64,000 nucleotides of DNA, taken from positions 2,170,001 through 2,234,000 of the forward strand of contig MU058919.1 in assembly GCA_013265495.1 (NCBI GenBank), written 5' to 3'. Every line of letters begins with the position of its first letter. The first letter of the stretch is position 1. The translations under genes were made by a program, and so were the position numbers. Positions 1 to 11,673 of the stretch are shown here, piece by piece. The notes beneath the pieces were generated by a model. That model searched no databases. It was not told the DNA's origin and was given only the letters and a program-made list of their open reading frames with translations. The stretch is from Vicugna vicugna. Lineage: Eukaryota.

Positions 1-680
1 AATCAAAAGATAAAAGAGAAGCTGGGGGATGTGTTTGCCACACACATAGGATAAAAATGTGTATCCTTTGTGGAGAATAAGAAAAAGTAAAAAGTCCCAA
101 GGCAAACTGGAAAAGGGAAGTGATGGAAAGAGAAACAGGCAAAACCCTGACGGAGTGATATTTAGTGATTCTCCCTCACATAGAGAATGTGCCTGCTCTT
201 TGGTATAGATATTCCACTTCTATGAACTCATTCTCCAGACACACAAAAATTGTAACATTGTTTGTAATAAGAAAAAAATGTAGAAAAATCTAATGTGCAC
301 TAACAGGGTATTGATAAGGAATTATGGTATATCAATACAATGAAATACTCTGCTACCATCAAAAATAAAGAGATAAATCTATGTGTACAGACATAAAAGT
401 CTCCAAGATAATTATTTAAACAAAAAAAAAGTTGCGTAGCAAAGTGACCACATTTTTGTAAAATAATTAGAAGACATATATTTGCATAATTATAGAAAAT
501 GTTCTTGGAGGAATATAAATCAATCTGTTACAAGGGAGATTTCTGAGAAGTGGAAAAAAAGTAGAATGAAAATATTTCTATTTTATTTCTTACATTTACA
601 CATAGTTTGAATATTTTTTACAGTTGGCATTATACAATCAAGGAAAATGACAATTAAAATTCAGAAATAATTTAAAAATT
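1..680 (+). mobile_element. Degraded ancient LINE-1 (L1ME-like) 3' region
   Basis: A-rich sequence resembling the L1M 3' region (aatctaatgtgcac...ataaggaattatggtatatcaatacaatgaaatactctgc); boundaries approximate. Confidence 0.55.
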
Positions 681-905
681 AAGTTTCTTTTCTCACTTTC
701 ATATTCTGCTTTGTTAGCAAAATAAAACTTTCTAGAACAACAACAGAAAAAGGCAACCAGCCTCCCTGATTAGCCCACTGGATGAGTTCAGCGTCACAGG
801 CAATTTCAAATTTTCAGCCAAGGTGCTAGCTAGTTCATTCGTAAAGAACATCAGAAATGGGATTAAGAGAAGAGCCCCAGCGAAAACCATCACCGTCTCT
901 CCCAG

Positions 906-1051
906 AAACTTATTCCTGGAACTTCACTCTCCAAGCAGGCTGATGGCAGCACTAGCCAGGGACAATGGTGGAGAATGAACAGCTCTGAACAGGAAGTTGC
1001 CCTTCCGAAAGGAAGCTTGGCAGGAGATGTGAATGAGGGCAGCTCTGTGGG
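906..1051 (+). CDS. Candidate exon of an unidentified plus-strand transcript (KLIPGTSLSKQADGSTSQGQWWRMNSSEQEVALPKGSLAGDVNEGSSV)
   Basis: Acceptor gtctctcccag| and donor GG|gtgagg; one open frame, ending in phase 2; no homolog recognised. Confidence 0.2.
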
Positions 1052-1109
1052 GTGAGGAAGGCCCACGAGCCGTGGAACAGTGCTGGCAACTGTGTGCCTG
1101 AAAAAACAC

Positions 1110-1290
1110 TGGGCTTGAGGGTCTCCAAATTTGGGTTGAGTGGCCCCGCTGGTGCTTGAGTTAGAAAATCAGATCATCTCTTTGAGTCTCATTTTCTTCA
1201 TCTGAAAAATGAGATGGTAGTGATATCATAGGGTTGTGACGAAAGGTTAAATTTAAATATGTGCATGGAACGCTTTGTAAATAGTAAGTG
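1110..1290 (+). mobile_element. MIR SINE
   Basis: MIR core ctttgagtctcattttcttcatctgaaaaatgagatgg...catagggttgtg. Confidence 0.75.
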
Positions 1291-1397
1291 TGCATGAGTG
1301 AAAACGGTTACTCTCCCACGTGTGGAATGTGTTGGCCAGTAGGAGGCAGTAGTGGGACCCGAACGCTCAGCTCCTGCTCAGTGCACCGTGGAAAGGC

Positions 1398-1485
1398 TAG
1401 GTAGCATTGCTGGCTAAAATACAGGATGCTCAGTTAAATCTGACTTTCAGATAAAGAATTTTTTTTAGTGTAAGTGTGTCCAGTG
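1398..1485. mobile_element. MER53-like hAT MITE (half element)
   Basis: aaaatacaggatgctcagttaaatctgactttcagataaagaatttttttagtgtaagtgtgtcc matches the recalled MER53 arm. Confidence 0.7.
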
Positions 1486-1547
1486 CTAACTGAGCGTGAG
1501 CTAGCACTTGGTTTTAACTGCTTTCTATTGTTTTCTCCTCGTTTCAG

Positions 1548-1650
1548 GTAAATTAGATGCATTTCCCCAAGCGTTTTCAAAGCCCCGTGGGAATACAGAT
1601 CCTGTCCTTGGATCCTCCAGGATGCCTGAACACTGTCATGCACACAACAG
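1548..1650 (+). CDS. Candidate internal exon of an unidentified plus-strand transcript (GKLDAFPQAFSKPRGNTDPVLGSSRMPEHCHAHNR)
   Basis: Strong acceptor ttctattgttttctcctcgtttcag| and donor CAG|gtacta; only one frame is open (phase 1 in, phase 2 out). Confidence 0.3.
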
Positions 1651-2363
1651 GTACTAAATAAATGATGGTGAGAGCAGGGTTTGGTCTGGGTGCCGTTAGT
1701 AGCTCTGACATCTTCAGTGCTTGAATGCACATGCTGGTGTCCTCGGGGTGCTCCTTCTCATCCAGCTGCCCCAGAAAGCTGTGAGTCAGCTAGTGCTCAG
1801 CGGCTCAGATACGGGCCCATTTCTGAGTTAAGGAAAGAAGGTCCCAGAAACTTAGTTTGATATAAATGGCTCTAAGCTCATTCGTGTTTGCTCCATCACT
1901 TCATAACGTGGGTATGACTCGAGTTACCTACACGTGGCTTAAAAATCTTAAATTCCTCCTGTACTGCGTTTTAGTGTTGCCCCATGGTCATGCTTCAGTA
2001 AGGGATAAATAGAAAATGTTACACTCTACTTGATTTATTAAAAAAGAAGAAAGATAATTTATACCTTTAAACACAGAAACTAACTTAAGTTTGGCTGGTT
2101 TTTAGGCTACGAGATTTTGAAAGGAAGGCAGCCTTTCCTAAACCCTGGTCCTTGTCATTCTTCTTTCTTGGCTCTTTCTTACTAGACTTTTCAATGAGGT
2201 TTCGGAGCTGCCGCTAACATCCCTGGGTTAAAAAAACATATTGAATCACTGTTTGGTTAGAAGAGGGGAGGAAAACCAAAGAATATGAGAGTTACTCTAA
2301 TCCGTAGACAAGATGATGCTCTAGATGCACTATGCATATTACGTGGTGCATTTTTCTTTTCAG

Positions 2364-2433
2364 GGAAGATACAGAACTTTCTCTGAGGTTCTTTGATGAA
2401 ATATCACTTGAATCCCCAAAACAGAAAATGTGA
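2364..2433 (+). CDS. Candidate terminal coding segment (EDTELSLRFFDEISLESPKQKM*)
   Basis: Strong acceptor gcatttttcttttcag|; phase 2 entry is compatible with either upstream candidate exon; TGA at 2431-2433; AATAAA at 2901-2906. Confidence 0.3.
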
Positions 2434-2726
2434 CAAGGAAATACTTTGCATACTGAGTTGTAGCCGTGATCTTGGAGGAGCGTACACCATTTCCAGTTAA
2501 ACAAAGAAATAGGCAGTAGAAAACACTTTTTGGAAACCACAGAATCTCTCTGAAAGAAGAGTGGAATTTGCGCGCTACCTTATTCATTAAAGTTAGAAAT
2601 TGCCATCCCTTTAATGAGCAGCCGGAGGGTGGAGAAAGTGTCTTGAATAGCTATATTCCAGGGAGCTCTTGGCATCGTCACTGAAACGTAATGTGGGATT
2701 GCAATTGTGTGGGGTTTTTTCCCAGT

Positions 2727-2898
2727 NNNNNNNNNNNNNNNNNNNNNNNNNNNNNNNNNNNNNNNNNNNNNNNNNNNNNNNNNNNNNNNNNNNNNNNNNN
2801 NNNNNNNNNNNNNNNNNNNNNNNNNNNNNNNNNNNNNNNNNNNNNNNNNNNNNNNNNNNNNNNNNNNNNNNNNNNNNNNNNNNNNNNNNNNNNNNNNN
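2727..2898. other. N-run (172 nt) in non-repeat context
   Basis: Directly visible. Confidence 0.98.
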
Positions 2899-3589
2899 TA
2901 AATAAAAATGCAAAAGCATGTGCCCACTCATCTGGCCAGCACAGTGAAGTATAAGCACGTCTCTTTAAATAGATCTGTAAGCCACATCCTTCATTTACAT
3001 CAGCTATAAAACACTAGACTATACGAAGTAAATTAATTCAAAAAAAGCTGCCTTAGGAATTTTATCTTAGCAATGAGAAATGCTGTCTACCAGGAGACTG
3101 GAAAAATTAGGGGTACAATCAGAAAAAATAAAGTAAAAAGGACTTCTATAATTACAGTGTGATCACCTTTCCCTCTGTGAAAGGACAGGAAAGGAGGGCA
3201 CAATACAGGAATTGAATTCATCATTGTGCAGATGAGAGTTCCTGGCATATAATGCTAGACAGAGCTATTTACTGGAAAAAGTGCTGGTTTATTTACATGC
3301 TAAACAGCACCACCTTCTAGCTTCGGCCCGCTGACAAATAACAGCACAGCAAGGAAGAGAAAGAAAAGGCACTCTCCCCTGTTCCAGAGAGAATGAGAGC
3401 AGGAGAGACAGGGGTTGTCACAAATCCAAACATCTTGACCCCATCATTCTAAAATGCAATGCCCAGCTCCTCCAAACATCTCCGAAGAGATCATCTTTTC
3501 TTTTTCAGTAACAAGAATCATAGCAAGGAAACTTGACTCTGCATCCAAAAGGAGGGATGGGGGCGGGGAGGGGGGGAATCAATACTCAC

Positions 3590-3699
3590 CTAATCTAGTA
3601 AATCTCCATAGCACAACTCTTTCAAAAGATGCAAAAAATAAAATTTAATCTTTGTCAAAGGACTTGCAAACAAGGCCAAATGCACCCCTGTGCACTTGA
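3590..3699 (-). ncRNA. Candidate non-coding (5'UTR or lncRNA) exon
   Basis: Minus-strand acceptor catttttcacctctgttttag| and consensus donor TAG|gtgagt; contains only a micro-ORF ATG GAG ATT TAC TAG. Confidence 0.45.
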
Positions 3700-5144
3700 C
3701 TAAAACAGAGGTGAAAAATGCCTGATCTGATGAACAAAGACTGCTGGATGAATGGAGTGAATTGTCTTAATACAGTAAACAGGAGATCTGAATAAAGAGA
3801 TCAAAGGAGGCCAGAGAGCGTAATGCACCCACAATTGCAATTGCTCCCCAGGGAGTGACAAGAATAAAATTGGAAGACTTTGCTGGGAGAGATACTGCCA
3901 CTGATTCTAATCTAGTTGTCTATGCTAAGCAAGGCACAGCCTTTGAGCTTCCTCTAGAAGTTTCCACTTTTTTGATTTAGAAAATAATGCTTGAACTTGC
4001 AGTTGTTATGTATAAATTCTGACAGATATCAAGAGGGGAAATGAGGGCACTGAGAGGGAAAACAAAACATTCAGGATGTTGTTCTAGTCTTGCTACTCCT
4101 TGCGATGCAAGCTTTGGCAAATAATTGGATCTCTGGGCAATTTCTAAATTTTATGTGCTTACCTTATTCTAAATATTTGTATTTAACAATAAAACACATA
4201 ACCAAAAAAAAAAGTTCATTTTTTTCCCTTTAAAAACAATTAAGACTGGGTGGAGAAAAAATTCACATAAACCGTAGGGACAATATCCACGTTTTTCTTT
4301 TCTCATTTGACATTTAGTTTACTGCAGTGGGATAACTTCTGTAAGAAGTTATCTGGGTACCATTTACTTATATGACTTTAAAATTTGTGAACAAGGCTAT
4401 AGTTAATTGGATAGAAATGAAAAATGAATGTTCCCATGATTCTGTTTGAATTTCAGTTTAGGGCCCAAAGTTTGAAGATAAGCTGACAGCAAAGCCGCGC
4501 TTGGGAAGGTGGTGATGAAAATGGTGGGGAAAAAGGGGGGAAAGGGCATTACCTTCCTAGAAATTCGCGGTATAACCTTCAGAGATTAAAGCGTTCAGTG
4601 TGTCTGGTGAGGGGCTTCACAGGCGATGAGCATTTACCAAGAATGTACATCCTACCGCTGACCCAGACTGGACCTAGGCCAGGGAGCAGGGCCATTGCCT
4701 GAGGCCATTGTTCTCAGAGGATTCCGGGCAGTCAGGCCCCACCAGGATGTTTGCACGAGGGACCCCAGGACTTGAGGGGACCGACCTCGGGAGGGAGAGG
4801 AAGTGACTTCTCACGGCGGGCAGAGGCTGAGGCTGGGTGGCACCTGACCACCTGGGCAGCTGTCCGAGGTACCAGGCTGTAGGAGGCCACAGGGAGATCT
4901 GGAATACTTCTGGAATTCTATACAGATTTGGAGATTGTATTTTTTCACGACAATGCATCTCACTTCTGGCGTTGGAAGACTTCTCTGAGATGCTGATTTG
5001 GGTAAAACTAACTGCCTAAGGGGGTGGATGAGCTATAAACTTCTGACTTGCCCAGATAGGTGTGCCCTCAGCCTGCAATCCCCGTCATCTATGGTTGGCC
5101 CACCTCTGTACCCACCTTTTCACCTCTGCGGTGCTCTGTCTCAC

Positions 5145-5204
5145 CTCGAAGTAAATGCAGAGCAAAACATTTATCGAATTGTGCTTGTGGTGGAGGAAGA
5201 GGAC
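5145..5204 (-). other. Candidate 60-nt minus-strand exon
   Basis: Acceptor ctcctgctaacccccag| and donor GAG|gtgaga; length is frame-preserving. Confidence 0.25.
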
Positions 5205-7265
5205 CTGGGGGTTAGCAGGAGTGTGTCATTTACCTTGTACCCCAGCCCAGAGCTTTGTCACTTTGCTGTGGTGGGCAAAGCCCAGATCACCTTGAAATCA
5301 GAGGTGTCCCTCTATGAGAGCTTGGTGTGGAGCCGGGCCCCGGAGCAGCAGCAGATCTCATCCACAGCAGCTGGGGAGGACGGGAGGAACGTGGCAAATA
5401 AGACAAAGGAAATTTCCCGGCTCCGTGGGGGGTAGAATTAGAGAAATCTGTTTTGTGACCATCATCGTGACTCCTCTCCCCAGGCTGGGTGGCCTGGCAC
5501 ATGCGGAGAACCGTGGTGGTGAAGCTGTGTGGTGCCTCAGAACCTGGACACTTGACAGACAAGCGCTGGCAGAGAGACTGCTGGCTTTGGGAGTCGTTTT
5601 GTAAACAGGCTTCTGTTTGTTAAAGTGTTTGTGGAAGGTCTTAATATTCAGCTTCCTGTGTAGAATGGGTGACGTGGGTTCAGAACCCTGGATCAATCCA
5701 AGGCACCACACATTCCCAGAGTCCTATGGATGAGCTCACAAGACAGTCTGTAGGGGTAGAAAGACATCTGTCAAGAAATCAACCAAAAACTGGATTTGTT
5801 CCTGTTAATGAAATTTCAAAATCCATGCCAGACCCAAATACAAATCGTGGACTAGGACTATGTCCTAGAGTGGCATAAAAAGAGGAATCATTTTGGGTAA
5901 AAATATGGCACTTCCATCCTGGAAACAGAATTCCATCTTGGAAGCTTAAAATTCCAGGCTTTAAACATTAAAATTACGAGCTTATTACAGTATCTCTAGC
6001 ATGGACTGATTATGCAAGTAAAGTGGTGAATTTATCATTTCATTTTTAAAAGAAAATATTTTACGTCATTTGTAGCCCTTGATTAAGGCCATTTTTTTTT
6101 GTTTGGTTTTGATTTTTGCGTTTTTAGAAGAAAGCATCTCTGATGAAAATAAAATGCACAGGGAGAACTACATAAGCTTTAGCCCCAAGAAATGTAGCCT
6201 GCGGGCTGCAACCGTAAACCAGTGTGCCGGACGAGGTTACTCCGAGTTTGTGAACGTCATTTTCTTAACATGTTCTCTAAAAGTGGTGCCCTTCAAACAG
6301 GAAGAGCGAGACAGAAAAAGTAGAGGGCACGTTTGAATTTCCAGGGCAAACACCATAGCGTAGTAGAGAAAGACTATTCTGTAGACTTTGTCTTTTCACA
6401 ATACAAATTACAGAAGTTAAGGCTTGACAGAATCTTTTTTGCTTATGGGGGATATGCAGTGGTTAAAGGAGAAAAGTTAATTAAGTTAAAATAAAAAAGA
6501 TTGAGAAACTATTAAGCTGGCCTGAAGAATTTATCTACTGAGAGGAAATTTAGGTAGAGAAAATAACCATATGAAAGCAGGAAATATGGTATAGACTGAT
6601 GGAAACGTCCTAGTATCTGAATTAAGAATCGGCATTGCATTTGAAAACTTCAGCCATAGATAATAAGTGATAGACTGTAGATTTCCAAAATTAAGGGACT
6701 AAGATGATGAAATTCACCTTTTCATCCCTATTTTTAAACCAAAGTTAGATTTATATTTGAAATCAGACACATACTGAAGTCCTTAATACTGTGATTTCAT
6801 TCTGAATAATTGCCTTTTATTCTCAATGCCTATTGTATCTTTACCTCATGTCACCATTTAATCTCTCCTTAAACTTAATTTAATGCCCAATTTAATCTCA
6901 ACATGACAGCTAATAATTAAGAGAGCTCACGTTGTGTAGCTTAATGTTTGGTTGTGTTGGTCATGTATACGTGTCATGTACGATACTGTTTCATACCATG
7001 CAATTTAATGAACAGCATCACTTGATATGTTTATTCTAAAGAACAAGAAGCCAAGCCACCACTTTTTGAGAGTCAAAACATAGGTTTTCATGGTGATGTT
7101 GTGAACAGCAAGAGACTTTATGCAGTACACTACTTCTAATGTTTGAACATTACATGTACGAATGTACAAACTGTGTATTTACATGTACAGATCTGAATAT
7201 GCTATGCACAAATACGAAATGATCATTTTGCAATCATAGTAATTACTTGGATTAATACTTTATAT

Positions 7266-7480
7266 CAGTGGTTTTCAACTTTCCTCCCCTTTTTATTCAG
7301 TGAAATCTTTCAGAGGAATCCTTACTTGGACGCGCCATTTGCAAAGCAGACAAAGGTGGCTCTGCTGTGATCAAAATGCTTGTAGGGACCAGGAGGCAGC
7401 CTTTTAGATGCACTCTCTATGGCCCTCAGGCCCTTTCATGGAAGCTCTAGAATTTCTGCAGCACTGGAACCAGTGTCACA
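7266..7480. mobile_element. hAT-Charlie-type MITE remnant
   Basis: Begins cagtggttttcaact, a Charlie/MER-type terminus; subfamily not determined. Confidence 0.4.
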
Positions 7481-7499
7481 CATGGTGCCTACATTTGCA

Positions 7500-7660
7500 G
7501 TGAGCTTGTATACATGTGCAGCATTTCATCCTCATAATACTGTTCAGAGACATTCCATTTTGCAGATGAGAAAATGAGAAGTCAGATCAATTCATCCTCC
7601 CACTGCCACGTAACTACTGAGTGATTAGATCTAGAACTTGAACTCAAACCTCTGACTCCA
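7500..7660 (-). mobile_element. MIR SINE
   Basis: catttcatcctcataa...ccattttgcagatgagaaaatgag is the antisense MIR core. Confidence 0.7.
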
Positions 7661-8405
7661 GGGTTTTTCCCATTATTTCATACTGTCTACAGCAATATCC
7701 AAAACATACTCGGCGTCTCATACCAAGTAGGACGAGGTAGAATTTATAAGGCATGTGTGTATCTTAATGCTGTCTTTCTTCTGCAGACATGACTGACTGA
7801 TGGTAGTCACAGGGGTCACACTCCTGTGGTTTACCCAGATTGCTGACGGCAGACGGCTGTGAGATGTGTGTCATTCCTAGCCCATAAACCTGGCTCTTCT
7901 CTCCCAACTCAGAGGATACTGGACTGCAGGGCATGAGGGAGGTGTTATCATCTGGATCTACTTTTATTCATGAGCAAGGTGAACAGTTCACAAATTTCAG
8001 TACTTTAATTATTAGTGGAAACAATTGCTCTTCATCATCCTAGTTGAGAGACAGTATATCTAAAGAAGCAGAATTAGCGATCAGCACCTTGAGAAATATT
8101 GTTAGAATATAATATTAGAACCAAAAATTACCTTGATGGGAGAAGAGACTCAATAGGGGCCAGTGAAAAAAGGAAAATTAAGAAAGAAAAATAAACTGCC
8201 TGGGTATGAGATGGGAAGTGTGTAGTACAACTGGAATTAATATAGCAATCAGAATTAGAACATTTAATACCAGTCAGTGATGAAGCACTTAATTTTGCAC
8301 GTGGCGGATACCTTTAGTACTAGTCAGGTGTTCACCAAATGAGCTTCCCCAGTTCTACATTTCTTCCCTTCTGAGGATCTAAAAGGGTCCTGGAATGGAG
8401 TAAGA

Positions 8406-9270
8406 NNNNNNNNNNNNNNNNNNNNNNNNNNNNNNNNNNNNNNNNNNNNNNNNNNNNNNNNNNNNNNNNNNNNNNNNNNNNNNNNNNNNNNNNNNNNNNN
8501 NNNNNNNNNNNNNNNNNNNNNNNNNNNNNNNNNNNNNNNNNNNNNNNNNNNNNNNNNNNNNNNNGCAGCCACTATGGAAAATAGCATAGTGGTTCCTCAA
8601 AAAATTAAAAATAGAACTACCATATGATCCAGCAATTTCACTGCAAGGTATTTGCCTGAAGGAAATGAAAAACCTAACTTGAAAAGATATATGCGCCTAC
8701 ATGTTTGTTTCATTGCAGCATTATTTACAATAGTCAAGACATGGTATTAACCTGAGTNNNNNNNNNNNNNNNNNNNNNNNNNNNNNNNNNNNNNNNNNNN
8801 NNNNNNNNNNNNNNNNNNNNNNNNNNNNNNNNNNNNNNNNNNNNNNNNNNNNNNNNNNNNNNNNNNNNNNNNNNNNNNNNNNNNNNNNNNNTGATCTCAC
8901 GTGTGGAGTCTTAAAAAAAAACAGACCTGAACTCATATATACAAAGAACAGACTAATGTTTGCCAGAGGTTGGACAGGCAAAATGGGGGAAGGGGGTCAA
9001 AAGGCACAACCTTCCAGTTGTAAGTCATAGGGATGTAATGTGTAGCATGGTGACCATAGTTTATAATTCTGTATTGTATATTTGAAAGTTGCTATGAGAG
9101 AAGGTCTTAAAGTTCTCACCACAAGAAAAACAATTTGTACCTGTGTGGTGGTGGATGTTACCAAGACTCACTGTGGTGATCATTTTGCAACATATACAAA
9201 TATTGACTCATTATGCTGTATGCCTGAAACTAATGTCGTATGTCGATTATAGCTCTGTGACAACAAAAAG
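8406..9270 (+). mobile_element. LINE-1 (L1MA-type) ORF2 C-terminus and 3'UTR, containing two N-runs (8406-8564, 8758-8891)
   Basis: gcagccactatggaaaatagcatagtggttcctcaaaaaattaaaaatagaactaccatatgatccagcaatt is canonical L1 ORF2 3' sequence; the L1MA-type 3'UTR follows. Confidence 0.9.
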
Positions 9271-9659
9271 AAGCTGCAACTCAAGGTCTTTGAGAAAAAA
9301 ACAGAGAATGAAATGAGTCTGAGGAAGGGAAAACTGAGGTTTCAACTGAGCCATTTTGAGGAGAGAAACATTAAAATGAGAATGGAACCATTTTGTCTCA
9401 GTCTCTTAAAGGGTAGGACTAGCCATTTATAGGAAATAAATAAGAGAATTTTGCCATGTTGAGGGTGGCAGGCAAACTAAGAGGGGAAGGCGGGTGAAGC
9501 CGAGAAACTCATTAAACACAGGAGAATTTCTCACCTACCTAAACCATTGAAATTTGTTCTTGAAGACAAAGGTACAGACCAGTGAACCCCCTTGGATCTC
9601 TTCTATACGGTTTTATGACTCTTACGGCCAACAGAACACGAGAGAATTTTTAGCAGAGG

Positions 9660-9950
9660 AACTGCAGATATACAGCATCAGTCGTGTCCCTTGATGTGTT
9701 AATAGATGCCATGGGAAAATTGGTTCTGTGGTCAAAACATTTTGGGAAGTACTAAGTTTATAAAAGGTATACAGGTGTCTTCAGGACAAGACTTCTTTGA
9801 ACCCTCGATATGTTCATGTACCTTGTAATGCTCTCATCACAAGAGAACCAGAAGGATTTTACAAACTTAGTTAAATAAAGAACATTTCCCTACCTCTTTA
9901 TACCTCACGGGACGCTAGAGTTCTGGGGAACACAGTTTGGGAAATGCCGA
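9660..9950. mobile_element. hAT-Charlie (Charlie4/MER113-like) remnant
   Basis: Ends ggaacacagtttgggaaatgc; resembles the reverse complement of the element at about 31990-32180. Confidence 0.5.
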
Positions 9951-10419
9951 CGAAGTACAGCTATGTTCTTAAGCAAGGGCGCATAGGCAGAGAGTTGGCA
10001 GGTTCCTTCTAATTAATAAGAAATCTCAACGTCTGGGATCAAACATAGGAATTTCACACTACACTTACGTAGTCTTTCCCTCCCCTGAATCACACAGGGC
10101 TAGGGTTCTATGGGACGCCCTGCGTCTCTGGGTCGTGCTGTTCTAGCCCAACTGTTTTTGCTTACCCAACACAACCTACAAATTCCCATCTTCCTTCCTT
10201 TGTTTAATTGCCTTTTCCCAGAGTTAGAGTGTCCTGCACTGAGCACTTGTTAGACACAAATGGAGCACAGAACCTGTGGCAGGAGAGGAAGAAGGAACTG
10301 AGGGAGCTTCCAGATTTACACCTGAAGCCTTGACAATGTTTCCCCGCACCGACTCTTCTGAACCTGCAGGTGTTATGTCTACATTTCTCTTATAACTCTT
10401 GCCATTATTTTGCTTTGTA

Positions 10420-10535
10420 CAATAGTTATTTTAAATTTAATATTAATTGAGCACATAGTCCATGCCAGGCACTGTGCTAAGTGATGCAGAGGACAAGAAA
10501 AGGGGTCTGTATTTAAGAGCAGTTAACATTCAGGT
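10420..10535 (-). mobile_element. L2 3' end
   Basis: attgagcac...ccaggcactgtgctaag is the antisense L2 tail. Confidence 0.65.
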
Positions 10536-10559
10536 AAAAATATGTTAGAAAGGTAGCAA

Positions 10560-10690
10560 TTTTTTTTCCTCTTTTTGACAAATTGACAAATAATCGACAA
10601 AACTGTATGTTTTTCAGGCATACAACATAAGATGTATACATTTTGATATGATCACCACAATGAACACATCTATCGTACCACGTAGCTACC
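10560..10690 (-). mobile_element. L1MA 3'-terminal fragment
   Basis: aattgacaaataa...aaaactgtatgttttt...gatcaccacaat...tagctacctttt matches the antisense L1MA 3' tip. Confidence 0.65.
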
Positions 10691-11591
10691 TTTTTTAAAA
10701 TTGAAATACATTGATTTACAGTGTTGTGTTAGTTTCAGCTGTACAGCAAAGTGATTCAGTTATATATATGTATATATATTTTTTCAGATTCTTTTCTCTT
10801 GTAGGTTGTTACAAGATATTGAATATAGTTCCCTGTGCTACATAGTAGGTCCTTATCACTTATCTATTTTATATATAGTAGTGTGTATCTGTTAATCCTA
10901 AACTCCTAATTTATCCGTGCCCCCTTCCCGTTCAGTAACCATAAATTTTTTTTCTATGTCTGTGAGTCTATTTCTATTTTGTAAATAAGTTTATTTTATT
11001 ATTTTTAAAATTCCACATATAAATGACATAGTATGATATTTGCTTTTTCTGTTTGACTTCTTTCACTTAAAATGATAATCTCTAGGTCCATCCATGTTGC
11101 TGCAAGTGGCATTATTTCATTCTTTTTTATGGCTGGGTAGTATTACATTGTGTGTGTGTGTGTATCTTCTTTATTCAGTCATTTGACAGTGGACATTTAG
11201 GTTGCTCCCATGCCTTGGCTATTGTAAATAGTGCTGCTATGAACATTGGGGTGCATGTATCTTTTCAAATTAGAGTTTTCTCTAGANNNNNNNNNNNNNN
11301 NNNNNNNNNNNNNNNNNNNNNNNNNNNNNNNNNNNNNNNNNNNNNNNNNNNNNNNNNNNNNNNNNNNNNNNNNNNNNNNNNNNNNNNNNNNNNNNNNNNN
11401 NNNNNNNNNNNNNNNNNNNNNNNNNACCTTCTCCAGCATTTATTATTTGCAGACTTTTTGGAGATGGCCATTCTGACTGGTGTGAGGTGATACCTCATGG
11501 AAGTTTTGGTTTGTATTTCTCTAATAATTAGTGATGTTGAGCATCTTTTCATATGCCTATTGGTCATCTGTATTATCTTTTAAAAAAATGT
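10691..11591 (-). mobile_element. 5'-truncated LINE-1 (3'UTR plus ORF2 C-terminus), with N-run 11287-11425
   Basis: ORF 11265-11567 ([42 protein letters not shown]) is L1 ORF2p C-terminal sequence; the 3'UTR motif gtacagcaaagtgattcagttata is present. Confidence 0.93.
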
Positions 11592-11673
11592 GCATTTGCA
11601 TGTCATTACTGTGCAGGGGCCATACTAATTTTCCTATCATTCCAATTTAGTGATGTGCTGCTGAAAAGAGCAC
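11592..11673 (-). pseudogene. RNU6 (pseudogene): U6 snRNA retro-pseudogene fused to the L1 5' end
   Basis: The minus strand reads GTGCTCTTTTCAGCAGCACATCACTAAATTGGAATGATAGGAAAATTAGTATGGCCCCTGCACAGTAATGACATGCAAATGC, colinear with U6 nt 1 to about 87 with CpG decay. Confidence 0.92.
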
